Source: Capsulimonadaceae bacterium | GTDB lineage: Bacteria; Armatimonadota; Armatimonadia; Armatimonadales; Capsulimonadaceae | DNA: 64,000 nucleotides | Direction of reading: 5' to 3' | Assembly (NCBI GenBank): GCA_965215505.1 | Contig: OZ244065.1 | Span: forward strand, 3,232,001-3,296,000 | Shown here: positions 49,845 to 59,760 of the stretch, one piece after another | Position numbering within the stretch: the first letter of the stretch is position 1 | Layout: each line of letters starts with the position of its first letter | Notes under the pieces: generated by a model | The model's input: the letters and a program-made list of their open reading frames with translations, nothing else | The model's database searches: none | What the model was told of the DNA's origin: nothing | Translations under genes and position numbers: made by a program

Positions 49845-50124
49845 TAGATTGTTCCTGTGGTGCTTGCTGCTGTCATTATACAGGAAACGATGCGGATATG
49901 GGAACCCACCCCGCCGCGAGCGGCTTCCCCTCCGGAAACGGGTGGGGGAGGAGACAGGGGCAGGGGAGCGTGAAATTATCATCAGGTGAGACAAATAGAA
50001 AATGATCAAACCGTGGTCCGCCGAAGTCGCTGTGAATTGCCGGAGGCTCTGATACAATAGGCCGTACCGACGCTGTCAAAGTGGCTGAGGAGCGTCCTAG
50101 AAACGCTCAGGAAGGTTGGACCGG

Positions 50125-51240
50125 ATGAGTGGAGTGCGGGTACTGGTCGGGACGCGCAAAGGCGCTTTTATCCTGACGGCGGACGCCAAGCGCGAGCGCT
50201 GGGACATCAGCGAACCCTATTTTGGGGGCTGGGAGATCTACCACATCAAAGGGTCGCCGGCAGACCCGGACCGGCTCTATGCCTCGCAGTCCAGCGGCTG
50301 GTTCGGGCAGATGATCCAGCGCTCGAACAACGGCGGCAAATCATGGGAACCGGTGGGTAACGAATTCGCCTACGACGGCATCCCCGGAGCGCACCAGTGG
50401 TATGACGGCACGCAGCACCCGTGGGAGTTCAAGCGCGTCTGGCACCTCGAGCCGTCGCCGTCCGATCCCGACATCGTCTACGCTGGGGTGGAGGATGCGG
50501 CCCTGTTCCGCTCGGTGGACGGCGGCGGGTCCTGGCGGGAGATGTCCGGGCTGCGTAGCCACACCTCCGGCCCGCTCTGGCAGCCGGGCGCGGGCGGGAT
50601 GTGCCTGCACACGGTCCTTCTGGACCCCGGCAACCCTGAGCGGATCTACATCGCGATCTCGGCGGCCGGCGTGTTCCGGTCGGATGATGCCGGCGCATCG
50701 TGGCGGCCCATGAACCAAGGCCTGAATTCCGAGTTCCTCCCGGACCCGAAGGCCGAGGTCGGCCACTGCGTCCACCGGATCGCGATGCACCCTGCGCGCC
50801 CGGACGTCCTGTTCATGCAGAAGCACTGGGACGTGATGCGGAGCGATGACGCCGGCGAGTCGTGGCGCGAGGTCAGCGGCAACCTGCCGTCCGATTTTGG
50901 TTTTCCCATTGATGTCCACGCGCACGAGCCGGACACGATCTACGTCGTCCCGATCAAGAGCGACTCCGAGCATTATCCGCCCGAGGGGAAGCTGCGCGTC
51001 TATCGCAGCCGGACGGGCGGGGATGAATGGGAGGCCCTGACAAACGGCCTGCCGCAGAGCGACTGCTATGTCAATGTGCTGCGCGATGCGATGGCCGTGG
51101 ACACGCTCGATTCGTGCGGCGTGTACTTCGGGACCACCGGCGGGCAGGTCTACGCCTCCGCCGACAGCGGCGACACCTGGATGCCCATCGCCCGCGATCT
51201 CCCGGCTGTTCTGTCCGTCGAGGTGCAGACACTCCCATGA
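50125..51240 (+). CDS. BNR/Asp-box beta-propeller protein
   Basis: Repeated SxDxGxxW ([26 protein letters not shown]). Confidence 0.88.
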   Translation: MSGVRVLVGTRKGAFILTADAKRERWDISEPYFGGWEIYHIKGSPADPDRLYASQSSGWFGQMIQRSNNGGKSWEPVGNEFAYDGIPGAHQWYDGTQHPWEFKRVWHLEPSPSDPDIVYAGVEDAALFRSVDGGGSWREMSGLRSHTSGPLWQPGAGGMCLHTVLLDPGNPERIYIAISAAGVFRSDDAGASWRPMNQGLNSEFLPDPKAEVGHCVHRIAMHPARPDVLFMQKHWDVMRSDDAGESWREVSGNLPSDFGFPIDVHAHEPDTIYVVPIKSDSEHYPPEGKLRVYRSRTGGDEWEALTNGLPQSDCYVNVLRDAMAVDTLDSCGVYFGTTGGQVYASADSGDTWMPIARDLPAVLSVEVQTLP

Positions 51241-51557
51241 ACCGAGCCACAGACCCAGCCGTGATCCGGGTCGCCCTGCCCGCCCATTTGCGAACGCTGG
51301 CGCGCGTCGGAGACGAAGTGGAACTCACGCTTGAGGGTCCGGTGACTCAAAGGTCTGTCCTCGATACCCTTGAAGCCCGCTACCCGATGCTGCGCGGGAC
51401 CATCCGCGACCACGCGACCAAGCGCCGCCGTCCGTTCCTGCGGTTCTTCGCCTGCGGGCAGGACCTTTCCCATGAGAGTGCGGATGCCCTGCTGCCCGCT
51501 GCGGTCACGTCTGGGGAGGAGTCTTTTCTTATCGTGGGGGCCATCGCGGGCGGCTAG
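51237..51557 (+). CDS. MoaD/ThiS ubiquitin-like protein
   Basis: LPAHLR...RPFLRFF...AIAGG C-terminus; ATGA overlap. Confidence 0.88.
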   Translation: MNRATDPAVIRVALPAHLRTLARVGDEVELTLEGPVTQRSVLDTLEARYPMLRGTIRDHATKRRRPFLRFFACGQDLSHESADALLPAAVTSGEESFLIVGAIAGG

Positions 51558-51651
51558 TCCGCCGTTACCAGAAGGAAGCCAAGGGTTGAGTCTTGTAGGG
51601 GCGCCGCTTGCCGCGCCCTCCATATGGGATCGCCCTCCTGCCCCCACCCCA

Positions 51652-52497
51652 CTAAAACCGCCAGTCCAGGTCCTCGGTCGGCAGGCGGCGGTGGGTCCAG
51701 TTCAGTTGCCGCTCGGTCAGGCGGCAGTCCACGAACCACCAGGGGTAGGCGACGGGGTCGTGGATTCGGAAGGTGCGGCGGTAGGACTGGATGGCCGGGA
51801 AGGCGGTGCAAAATCCGCACCGGTGCAGAGTGAGGAACAGGGCCAGGAGCCGGACGCGCAGCTTGACGGCGTTGGTGTTTTCTAAAGGGATCGCAAGCGA
51901 CTCGGAGAGGGCGAAGACCTCGCGCTGGGCCAGGTGCAGGCTGACGGTGTCAATGCCTTTCAGGATGCCGATCTTGTCGGGGATCTCCGTCTCACGCATC
52001 CGGGCCGTCAGGGTCAGGACGTACCGCTCCATGCTCTCGGCCCAGCCGTCTTCCACACGCTGTGCGACGGTGACCACCTCTTCGAGCTGCGGGGCGCGGC
52101 CAAGGTAATCCCGCAGGTGGGTCTCGGCCCACTCCCACCGTTTGACCGACTTGCGCGGCAGGAGGCCCATGTCCGAAAGCGGGCACAGACGGCAGATTCC
52201 GCCGCGCGTCCCCAGCAGGCGGCTGTAGGCGAATTCGATGCCGGACGCGCTGGCGCGCGGGTCCAATATCCCTTCTACCAATTTAGCATAGCTCTCGATG
52301 AGAAAATCCAGGGCATCGTGGGACATCTCGAAGGGCGCGGCCTGCGCCCGCAGCCGCCGCGCCATGTCCGCGCACGGCTCGCGCATGGGGTCGCGCGGCG
52401 GCTGGATCGGCTCGGGCGGGGCGGTCAGTATTTCGGAGCGTCTCTGCGGGCGCTTTTCGATCACGAGGGTCATGAGTACGGGGTCTCCCGCCGTCAT
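51652..52497 (-). CDS. Hypothetical protein
   Basis: 281 aa ORF, collinear with upstream genes. Confidence 0.6.
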   Translation of the reverse strand: MTAGDPVLMTLVIEKRPQRRSEILTAPPEPIQPPRDPMREPCADMARRLRAQAAPFEMSHDALDFLIESYAKLVEGILDPRASASGIEFAYSRLLGTRGGICRLCPLSDMGLLPRKSVKRWEWAETHLRDYLGRAPQLEEVVTVAQRVEDGWAESMERYVLTLTARMRETEIPDKIGILKGIDTVSLHLAQREVFALSESLAIPLENTNAVKLRVRLLALFLTLHRCGFCTAFPAIQSYRRTFRIHDPVAYPWWFVDCRLTERQLNWTHRRLPTEDLDWRF

Positions 52498-52533
52498 TGT
52501 CGGCAGACGGCAGGCAGACGACGCACCGCAATT

Positions 52534-53169
52534 CTACGGGAGTTGCGGGACATCCTGCGGGGGCGACTTCGGAGGCAGCGCGAAAAAGAGGGCCAGCAAA
52601 ACATCCACGAGGACCGAAGCGGGAGCCGAGACGAACGCTAGGGCGAAGGCCACGAGGTACAGCAGCGGCCCGAAGCGGTACTGCTCGGTGATGCGCCGCA
52701 CCTTGTGCCGGTCGTGGTCGTCCGCCAGCAGCCGTTCCCCGACGGCGGCGTGCCGCCAGAGCGCGTTAAAGCAGAGCGCCATCACGACCGAGAAGGCGGA
52801 GTAGACGGCGGCGGCGATCCGCGCGTTCGGGCCGGGGTGGGCCAGGTACTCGGCCAGCAGGGCGGTCGGGAAGGGGAACAGCGTGATCACCATCAGCAGC
52901 AGGCCGTTATAGACCAGCAGCCCGTGGTCCTTGCGGTAGATCTGCTCGAACAGCCGGTCGTGATTGAGCCACATGATCAGGATAGTGGCGAAGCTCGTGA
53001 CGTAGGCCAGCAGGGCGGGCCACAAAGCCAGCAGGGCAGCCCCCAGCCCACCGGGCGGCAAGGCATCCAGCCGGGGTACATGGATGTCCAGGGCAAGCAG
53101 CGTGATGGCGACGGCGAACACGCCGTCGCTGAACGCCTCCACGCGGGCGGTTTCTTTCTCATTCATCAT
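52534..53169 (-). CDS. TMEM175-family K+ channel (DUF1211)
   Basis: RVEAFSDGVFAVAITLL; YVTSF..I..MWLNH; PFPT. Confidence 0.92.
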   Translation of the reverse strand: MMNEKETARVEAFSDGVFAVAITLLALDIHVPRLDALPPGGLGAALLALWPALLAYVTSFATILIMWLNHDRLFEQIYRKDHGLLVYNGLLLMVITLFPFPTALLAEYLAHPGPNARIAAAVYSAFSVVMALCFNALWRHAAVGERLLADDHDRHKVRRITEQYRFGPLLYLVAFALAFVSAPASVLVDVLLALFFALPPKSPPQDVPQLP

Positions 53170-53531
53170 CGATCTTCACCAGGGCGCGCTTTTTCTATCT
53201 CCAGAGAATGTTCTTTGGCCCAGGCGGAGAGTGCCTGAATCGGGCCACCCAGCGACTCGCCGAGTGGCGTCAGCGAATACTCGACTTTGGGCGGGACGAC
53301 CGCGTACTCCGTCCGCCTGACCAGCCCGTCCCGCTCCAAGCGGCGCAGCGTTTGGGTGAGCATCTTCTGCGTGATGCCGACGAGCTTCTGCTTCAGCACC
53401 CCATGTCTTTTGATGCCGCCCAGGAGGGCCAGCAGGACGAGCAGGCTCCACTTGTCCGCCACAAGTCCGAGCGCCTTGTGTGCCGGGCACTCCGCGTTGA
53501 ACACATCCGGCTCATATGATTTGGTTGGCAT
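53166..53531 (-). CDS. HxlR-family regulator
   Basis: CP...DKWS...ITQKMLTQTLRRLERDG...PPKVEYSLT. Confidence 0.93.
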   Translation of the reverse strand: MPTKSYEPDVFNAECPAHKALGLVADKWSLLVLLALLGGIKRHGVLKQKLVGITQKMLTQTLRRLERDGLVRRTEYAVVPPKVEYSLTPLGESLGGPIQALSAWAKEHSLEIEKARPGEDR

Positions 53532-53687
53532 GGCTCTATTATATCTCGTGATGAGGCCGAGTCAGGTATCCGGCAACCTGTCCTTTCGGGTGGGTACAAA
53601 AAAGTGCCTACTTGAAACCGCTTCTTCCTCTGGACATAATGAACGTCATGCAGACCTCTTCAAGAGGCACGAGGAAGGAAACCCGCC

Positions 53688-53987
53688 GTGAAAATCATCA
53701 CCTATGACCGCTTCAAGCCCGGCGTGACGATGGAGACGATCACGCCGCTGCTGCCGGAAGAAGCCGCCCATGCCTGGAAACTCTGGAAGGCGGGCATCAT
53801 CCGCGAGAACTACGCGATCACCGACCGGCCCGGCGTGGTCATCGTGTTCGAATGCGCGGACGCCGCCGAGGCGAAGCGCTACCTCGATGACTTCCCGATG
53901 ACCAAGGCCGGCTACCTGGAATGGGAGTGCATCCCCGTGGGTGCCCCGCTCCCCATCGAGAGCCTTTTCCGTGACCAGACCAACTAG
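53688..53987 (+). CDS. Muconolactone isomerase-like dimeric alpha+beta barrel protein
   Basis: EEAAHAWKLWKAGIIRE...LDDFPM. Confidence 0.6.
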   Translation: MKIITYDRFKPGVTMETITPLLPEEAAHAWKLWKAGIIRENYAITDRPGVVIVFECADAAEAKRYLDDFPMTKAGYLEWECIPVGAPLPIESLFRDQTN

Positions 53988-53996
53988 GGGAGGCTC

Positions 53997-54641
53997 TTGA
54001 TGCAGCACATCTTCGGTCTGGATGTCCCGCAATCGCTGGAAGAGGCCTGTGACCCGCGCACGACGGCGCTCCTGGTCTATGACATGCAGGTGGGGGTGCT
54101 GGGCCAGCTCCCCAATGCCCCGCAGATCATCCCGCAGGTGGTCCGCGTGCTGGAAGCCGCCCGCGCGGCGGGCCTGCGCGTCTTTTTCACCCGGCACATG
54201 TCGCTGCCGAAGGAGGTCATGGGCGTCACCCAGCTACGGACGGCGATGGCCTGGCAGCAGGCATCGGCGGCGGAAGTGACGCCCTGGTTCCTGCCGGGCA
54301 CCCCCGGCTTCGGCCTGGTGCCCGGAGTCGCGCCGCTGCCGCGCGAGGCGGTCGCGGACAAGATCACGATGTCCGCATTCGAGGGGACTTTCCTGAACAT
54401 CGCGTTCCGCGACTGCGGCATCCGGACGGTCATCCTCGTCGGCGTCGCCCTGGAAGTCGGCATTGAGCCGACCGTGCGCCACGCCGCCGACCTGGGCTAC
54501 ATCCCGGTCGTCGTGGCCGACGCCTGCGGGGGCCGGGACGAGGAGGCGCGGCAGCGCTCACTCGCGGGGCTGGCCTTCGCCGGCGACGCGATCATCACCG
54601 ATGTCGCGACGATGTGCCGGGTGCTGAGTGCTGCCGCTTGA
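53997..54641 (+). CDS. Isochorismatase-family hydrolase
   Basis: TALLVYDMQ, K..MSAFEGT, GVALEVGIEPT (Gly at the usual Cys position). Confidence 0.88.
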   Translation: MMQHIFGLDVPQSLEEACDPRTTALLVYDMQVGVLGQLPNAPQIIPQVVRVLEAARAAGLRVFFTRHMSLPKEVMGVTQLRTAMAWQQASAAEVTPWFLPGTPGFGLVPGVAPLPREAVADKITMSAFEGTFLNIAFRDCGIRTVILVGVALEVGIEPTVRHAADLGYIPVVVADACGGRDEEARQRSLAGLAFAGDAIITDVATMCRVLSAAA

Positions 54642-54683
54642 CTCGCTTCCCCCTTTCCGGCTATACTTCCTTGTCAGCACGGC

Positions 54684-55010
54684 ATTGATGGGGAAGAGTA
54701 GGCGGCGCACAAGCGCCAGAGAGGGGACGCCACCGGCTGCAAGCGTCCCCACGCCCGAGAGCCGCCGAAGGTCGCCCCGGAGCCGCAAGTCGAAGAACGA
54801 GTGTCCGCACCGCCCGTAGGGGCGAACCTTGTGTTCGCCCTTCCGGCGTCTGCCCTTTACAGGACGGTGCGGGAAGCAAGGTGGTATCGCGCGTCGGCCA
54901 CGTCTTGATCTGAGAGTTGTCTTAGGAAAAGACTGGTGAAGCCCTCGCGTCCTTGCGACTGGATTCCTTTGGGAGTCCTGTGTCGCACGGATGCGGGGGC
55001 TTTCGTGTTT
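54684..55010 (+). ncRNA. T-box riboswitch, Val specifier
   Basis: GAUGGGGAAGAGUAG, CAGAGAG, GCUG loop, specifier GUC (54771-73), T-box AAGGUGGUAUCGCG, antiterminator CGUCCUU, terminator; TTGACT N18 TATACT upstream; valS downstream. Confidence 0.88.
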
Positions 55011-55041
55011 CTGGCCGCATCGGGCCAGTCAGGAGTACAGC

Positions 55042-55284
55042 ATGAACTTTGTCCCTCTTTTCGTGCCCGCGCTGGCACACCTGCTGCGCGAGGCGGAACT
55101 GGCGAAGGGCAGCCCGTTGACCCGCGCCGAAGCCCTGGGAATCCGCGACCAGGGCGCGTGCATGATGGTGCGCCAGTCGGTGGCGCTGGAGATGGAAGAA
55201 AAGCGCGGCTTCCGGGACATCGACCCGGAGAACTGCTGGGAGGAATGGCAGGCGCTGCGGCAGGCGTTGGCCGGCGAGGGCTGA
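55042..55284 (+). CDS. Small hypothetical protein between the T-box and valS
   Basis: 80 aa with AGGAG RBS. Confidence 0.7.
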   Translation: MNFVPLFVPALAHLLREAELAKGSPLTRAEALGIRDQGACMMVRQSVALEMEEKRGFRDIDPENCWEEWQALRQALAGEG

Positions 55285-55326
55285 CGCGCGAATTTGCCAG
55301 TATGTATGGAGCAAAGGAAACCAACG

Positions 55327-57993
55327 ATGAAAAAAGCCTATGAACCCCAGGACGTGGAAGCGCGGCTGTATGCCGGGTGGGAGGCCTCGGGCCTGTTCCA
55401 CGCTGCCCCGACGCCGGGCAAGCCGAAGTACAGCATCACCATCCCGCCGCCGAATGTTACGGGCAGCCTGCACATGGGGCACGCCCTGAACCACTCCGTC
55501 CAGGACACGTTGGGCCGCTGGCATCGGATGCGGGGCTTTACGACCCTGATCCTGCCAGGCACCGACCACGCGGGCATCGCGACCCAGACGGTGGTGGAGA
55601 AGGAGATCGCCAAAGAAGGCTTGACCCGGCATGACCTGGGGCGGGAGGCATTCGTCGCCCGCGTCTGGCAGTGGAAGGAGCAGTACGGGGCGCGCATCAT
55701 CTCCCAGCTCAAGCGGCTCGGCTGCTCCTACGACTGGTCGCGCGAGAGGTTCACCATGGACCCTGCCTATGCCGAGGCGGTCGTGGAGGCCTTCGTGCGC
55801 TTCCACGACGCGGGCCTGATCTACCGGGGCAAGCGGCTGGTCAACTGGTGCTGCTTCCACCAGACGGTGATCTCCGACATCGAGGTGGAGGAGGAAGAGC
55901 AGGCGGGGCATCTGTGGCACATCCGCTACCCCTTCGCCGACGGCTCGGGGTCAGTGACGGTGGCGACGACGCGGCCCGAGACGATGCTCGGCGACTCGGC
56001 CGTGGCCGTGAACCCTAAAGACGCCCGGTATGAGGGCCTGATCGGCAAGATGTTCGCCCTGCCGCTCACTGACAGGCAGATTCCCTTGATCGCCGACGAC
56101 TACGCGTCGGCGGAGTTCGGGACGGGCGCGGTCAAGGTGACGCCCGCGCACGACCTGAACGACTACGAGGCGGGCCTGAGACACAGCCTGCCGCAGATCA
56201 CCGTCATCGGCTTCGACGGCACGATGACGCCCGAGGCCGGGGAGCGGTATTCGGGCCTGGACCGCTACGAGGCCCGGAACCTCGTGGTGGCCGACTTGGA
56301 AGAGCTGGGCCTGCTGGAAAAGACCGAGGACTACAAGCACAACGTTCCCACCTGCGAGCGGTGTCACACGACCATCGAGCCGCTGCTGTCAGATCAGTGG
56401 TTCATGCGGATGGCTGGGACCGACCTGGTCAAGCGGGCCATTGACATCGTGGAGGACGACGAAACGACGTTCGTCCCCGCCCGCTATAAGAAGGCCTATC
56501 TCGACTGGATGACCGGCATCCGGGACTGGGCATTGTCCCGTCAACTCTGGTGGGGCCACCGCATCCCCATCTACTACCGCCCCGACGGCACCTCGGTCGC
56601 CGCCCGCAGCTTTGACGAGGCCGTGCAGCGGGCGGGCACGGACGCGCTGACGCAGGACGAGGACGTCCTGGACACCTGGTTCTCGTCGGCCCTGTGGCCG
56701 TTCGCGACGATGGGCTGGCCCGAGGAGACGCCGGACCTTGCCTACTTCTACCCGACCGACATGCTGACCACGGCGGGCGAGATCCTGCGCCTGTGGGTGG
56801 CCCGGATGCTGATGACGGGCCTGGAGTTCCGGGGCGAAAAGCCGTTCGCCGATGTCTATATTCATGCGACGGTCCTGGACAAAAAGGGTCGCCGGATGTC
56901 CAAGAGCAAGGGCAACGGCATTGACCCCGTGGACATGATCGAGAAGTACGGCGCGGACGCCCTGCGCTTCTCCCTGCTCCGGCTGGCTTCCAAAGGCCAG
57001 GACATCCGGTTCAGCGAGGAGCGCGTACCCGAAGCGCGCAACTTCGGCAACAAGATCTGGAACGCCGCCCGGTTCGTGCTGCTGAACATGGGGGAGGGCG
57101 CGGCGCAGGAAGCCGCCGGACCCAAGAGTCTGCCCGAGCGGTGGATACTGTCGCGGCTCCAGCGGACGACCGGGGCGGTGAACGCCGCCCTGGCGGGCTA
57201 CGACATGGACGACGCCTGCGGGGCGCTGTACGAGTTCCTGTGGAACGAGTACTGTGACTGGTTCGTGGAGCTGTGCAAGCCCGCCCTTCAGGGCCAAGAC
57301 GGACCCGCCAAAGACGCGGCGCGGGCGACGCTCTTTACGGTGCTTCAGACGACCCTGCGCCTGCTGCACCCGATCATGCCGTTCGGCACCGAGGAGATCT
57401 GGCAGAACCTACCCGGCACGGAGGGCAGCATCAGCATCGCCCCCTACCCCGTCGCCGACGAGTCCCTTCTTGACCCCGAAGCCGAGGCGGGCATGGACTT
57501 GGTCATCGGCAGCATCACGGCCCTGCGCGGACTGCGGGCCGAGTTCACGCCGGGCGGACCGGAGAACGAGGCCGCACGGGCAGCTATAATCGCGCGGCGC
57601 TTCACCGTGATCGCCGTCCCCGAGGGCGCAACGGCAGCCGCAACATTGCAGGACCAGTTGCCCTCCATCGTCTCGCTCGCCCGGCTGGGCGCGGTGACGG
57701 TGGCCGGGGCCGCGCCGACTGAGGGCAAGTATGTCTCGGCGGGCATGACGGGCGTATCGTTCTATGTCCCGGCGGGTGAGCTGCTGGAAGGCATAGACCC
57801 TGCCCGCGAGTCGGCACGGCTGGCGACCGAGATCGTCAAGCTGGACAAGGAGCTGGCCTCAGTGCAGGGGCGGCTGAACAACCCCGGCTTCGTCCAGAAG
57901 GCCGCGCCGGAGGCGGTGGCGAAGGCGCGCGAGGACGTGGCAGAGCTTGGGCAGCGTCGGGCGAAGCTGGAGGGGCGGCGGGGGCTGCTGTGA
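55327..57993 (+). CDS. valS: Valine--tRNA ligase
   Basis: PPPNVTGSLHMGHA, GTDHAGIATQ, SRQLWWGHRIP, RMSKSKGN, C-terminal coiled coil. Confidence 0.98.
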   Translation: MKKAYEPQDVEARLYAGWEASGLFHAAPTPGKPKYSITIPPPNVTGSLHMGHALNHSVQDTLGRWHRMRGFTTLILPGTDHAGIATQTVVEKEIAKEGLTRHDLGREAFVARVWQWKEQYGARIISQLKRLGCSYDWSRERFTMDPAYAEAVVEAFVRFHDAGLIYRGKRLVNWCCFHQTVISDIEVEEEEQAGHLWHIRYPFADGSGSVTVATTRPETMLGDSAVAVNPKDARYEGLIGKMFALPLTDRQIPLIADDYASAEFGTGAVKVTPAHDLNDYEAGLRHSLPQITVIGFDGTMTPEAGERYSGLDRYEARNLVVADLEELGLLEKTEDYKHNVPTCERCHTTIEPLLSDQWFMRMAGTDLVKRAIDIVEDDETTFVPARYKKAYLDWMTGIRDWALSRQLWWGHRIPIYYRPDGTSVAARSFDEAVQRAGTDALTQDEDVLDTWFSSALWPFATMGWPEETPDLAYFYPTDMLTTAGEILRLWVARMLMTGLEFRGEKPFADVYIHATVLDKKGRRMSKSKGNGIDPVDMIEKYGADALRFSLLRLASKGQDIRFSEERVPEARNFGNKIWNAARFVLLNMGEGAAQEAAGPKSLPERWILSRLQRTTGAVNAALAGYDMDDACGALYEFLWNEYCDWFVELCKPALQGQDGPAKDAARATLFTVLQTTLRLLHPIMPFGTEEIWQNLPGTEGSISIAPYPVADESLLDPEAEAGMDLVIGSITALRGLRAEFTPGGPENEAARAAIIARRFTVIAVPEGATAAATLQDQLPSIVSLARLGAVTVAGAAPTEGKYVSAGMTGVSFYVPAGELLEGIDPARESARLATEIVKLDKELASVQGRLNNPGFVQKAAPEAVAKAREDVAELGQRRAKLEGRRGLL

Positions 57994-58004
57994 TCCTGTG
58001 CCGT

Positions 58005-58040
58005 GGAACCCACCCCGCGACAAGTCGCGGGGTGGGTTCC
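58005..58040. repeat. Family B palindrome
   Basis: ggaacccaccccgcgac-aa-gtcgcggggtgggttcc. Confidence 0.8.
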
Positions 58041-58073
58041 AACGGCTCGGCTTCTCTGGTACAATAACCTCCG

Positions 58074-59756
58074 ATGCCCAGACTCACCGCTGCTGCTCCT
58101 ACCGCCGCCTCTCTTGCCGCCACCCCTCTCCCCCTCCTTGGCATCCTGCTGCTGGCCCTCGTCCTCCGCACCTGGGGGCTGGCTTGGGGGCTGCCGTCGG
58201 CGACCCACTACTTCTCCTATCACCCGGACGAGAGCCGCGCACTGTTGGTCTGCTCGCCGCCCACTATGAACGTCTTCGCGGGGCGTCTGCTGCCGCACTT
58301 CTACAATTACGGCTCGCTCCAACTCTACCTGGTCTGCTTCGCCAACACGGCGGCGATGCTGGCGGGGGCGGTAGACATCGTACCCAAGGACTACGCCGTC
58401 TGGTATCCGCAGTGGGCGAAAATGTACCTGATCGGGCGCAGTTTGACCGTCGGCATGGGGGTTGGCACTGTTCTTGCAGTATATCGTATCGGGGAGCGGC
58501 TGTGGGGACGGCGAGCGGGCCTGCTCGCCGCACTGACACTGGCCGTGATGCCGCTGCACGCGCAGCACTCGCACTTTTTGACTGTGGACGTGCCGGCGAC
58601 GTTCTGGGCCATGCTGTCCCTGTTGTGGGCGGTCCGGCTGGCGACGGAAGACCCGAAGCCTCTGCGGGCGGCCTTGTGGGCGGGCGTCTTCGCGGGGCTG
58701 GCAGCGGCGACCAAGTACAATCTGGCCCTGGCTGTCCTGCCTCTTGTCGCTGCATGCATCCTGACGCGGCAATGGAAGGGCCTGGCGCTGGGCGTGCCCA
58801 TGTTCGTCCTGGCTTTCCTCGCGGCCTGCCCCGGCGTGGTCCTGGAAAACGCGGCGTTCCTGCGCGACCTACGGTTTGAGGCGGTCCACGTCCAGAACAC
58901 GGAAGACCCGACTTTCCGGGACACCGGCAGCGGGTTCGTCTACCATGTCGCGCGCAACCTAGACGCCGGGCTAGGGTTGCCGCTGCTGCTGCTGGCATTG
59001 GTTTCGGTCGGATACGCGCTGTATCGGCGCGGGCGCGGGGACGGGCTGCTGGCCGCCTTCGCCCTGCCCTACTACGTTTTAATCGGCCTGGCCGCCGTGC
59101 GCTATGCGCGCTACACCCTCCCGCTGCTGCCGGTGCTGGCGCTGTGGGTGGGCCGGATGGCGGCGGACTGGTCGCGGGCGACGGTGCCGGTCCGGCGCGA
59201 AATGGGCCGATGGGCCTCTGCCTTGGTCCTGGGACTGACATTGGTCTGGTGTGTGCGGCTGGTCGGCTTCATGGCGGATCAGGACATGCGCGACTGGGCT
59301 TTGCGCTTCATCAACGCCCCCAAAGACGGGGGCCGGTCGGCGGCCCTGCCGACGGTCGGCTTCGCCGCGCAGCCCTGGTTCGGGACGCCTCCGGTCAGCC
59401 CCTACTTTTCGCTGCCGGGGCCGGGCGGATGGCGACGACTCGTTTCGCCGCAGGAGGCGTCCCGCATCGTCTACGAGGGCAAGGACTGGGACGCGGCCCT
59501 GCTGGAAGCGCGCAAGCCGGACCTGGTGGTCCTCAGCGAGTATGATTATGCCGACGCGCTGCGCCTGAAGGACCCAGCGGCACTGCATTACCTTGAGGTG
59601 CTGCGGCGTGAGTATCAGCGGAGCTATGTCCTGGTGGACAACAACTCGGCGCTTTCCACGCAGTACGCGAGCATCGAAGGGCTGCCAACGCGGGGCTGGC
59701 CCCACGACATGCTCTACGCCTGTCCCATCATTTCACTCTATAAAAGGAAGCCTTGA
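58074..59756 (+). CDS. GT-C fold glycosyltransferase (PMT/ArnT-like)
   Basis: HPDE, GLAAATKYN, RYTLPLLP; polytopic. Confidence 0.82.
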   Translation: MPRLTAAAPTAASLAATPLPLLGILLLALVLRTWGLAWGLPSATHYFSYHPDESRALLVCSPPTMNVFAGRLLPHFYNYGSLQLYLVCFANTAAMLAGAVDIVPKDYAVWYPQWAKMYLIGRSLTVGMGVGTVLAVYRIGERLWGRRAGLLAALTLAVMPLHAQHSHFLTVDVPATFWAMLSLLWAVRLATEDPKPLRAALWAGVFAGLAAATKYNLALAVLPLVAACILTRQWKGLALGVPMFVLAFLAACPGVVLENAAFLRDLRFEAVHVQNTEDPTFRDTGSGFVYHVARNLDAGLGLPLLLLALVSVGYALYRRGRGDGLLAAFALPYYVLIGLAAVRYARYTLPLLPVLALWVGRMAADWSRATVPVRREMGRWASALVLGLTLVWCVRLVGFMADQDMRDWALRFINAPKDGGRSAALPTVGFAAQPWFGTPPVSPYFSLPGPGGWRRLVSPQEASRIVYEGKDWDAALLEARKPDLVVLSEYDYADALRLKDPAALHYLEVLRREYQRSYVLVDNNSALSTQYASIEGLPTRGWPHDMLYACPIISLYKRKP

Positions 59757-59760
59757 CCCT

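Noticed and set aside
53997-54641. Pseudogene because the catalytic Cys is missing
   Set aside because: ORF is intact, and Cys-less members are known in the isochorismatase family
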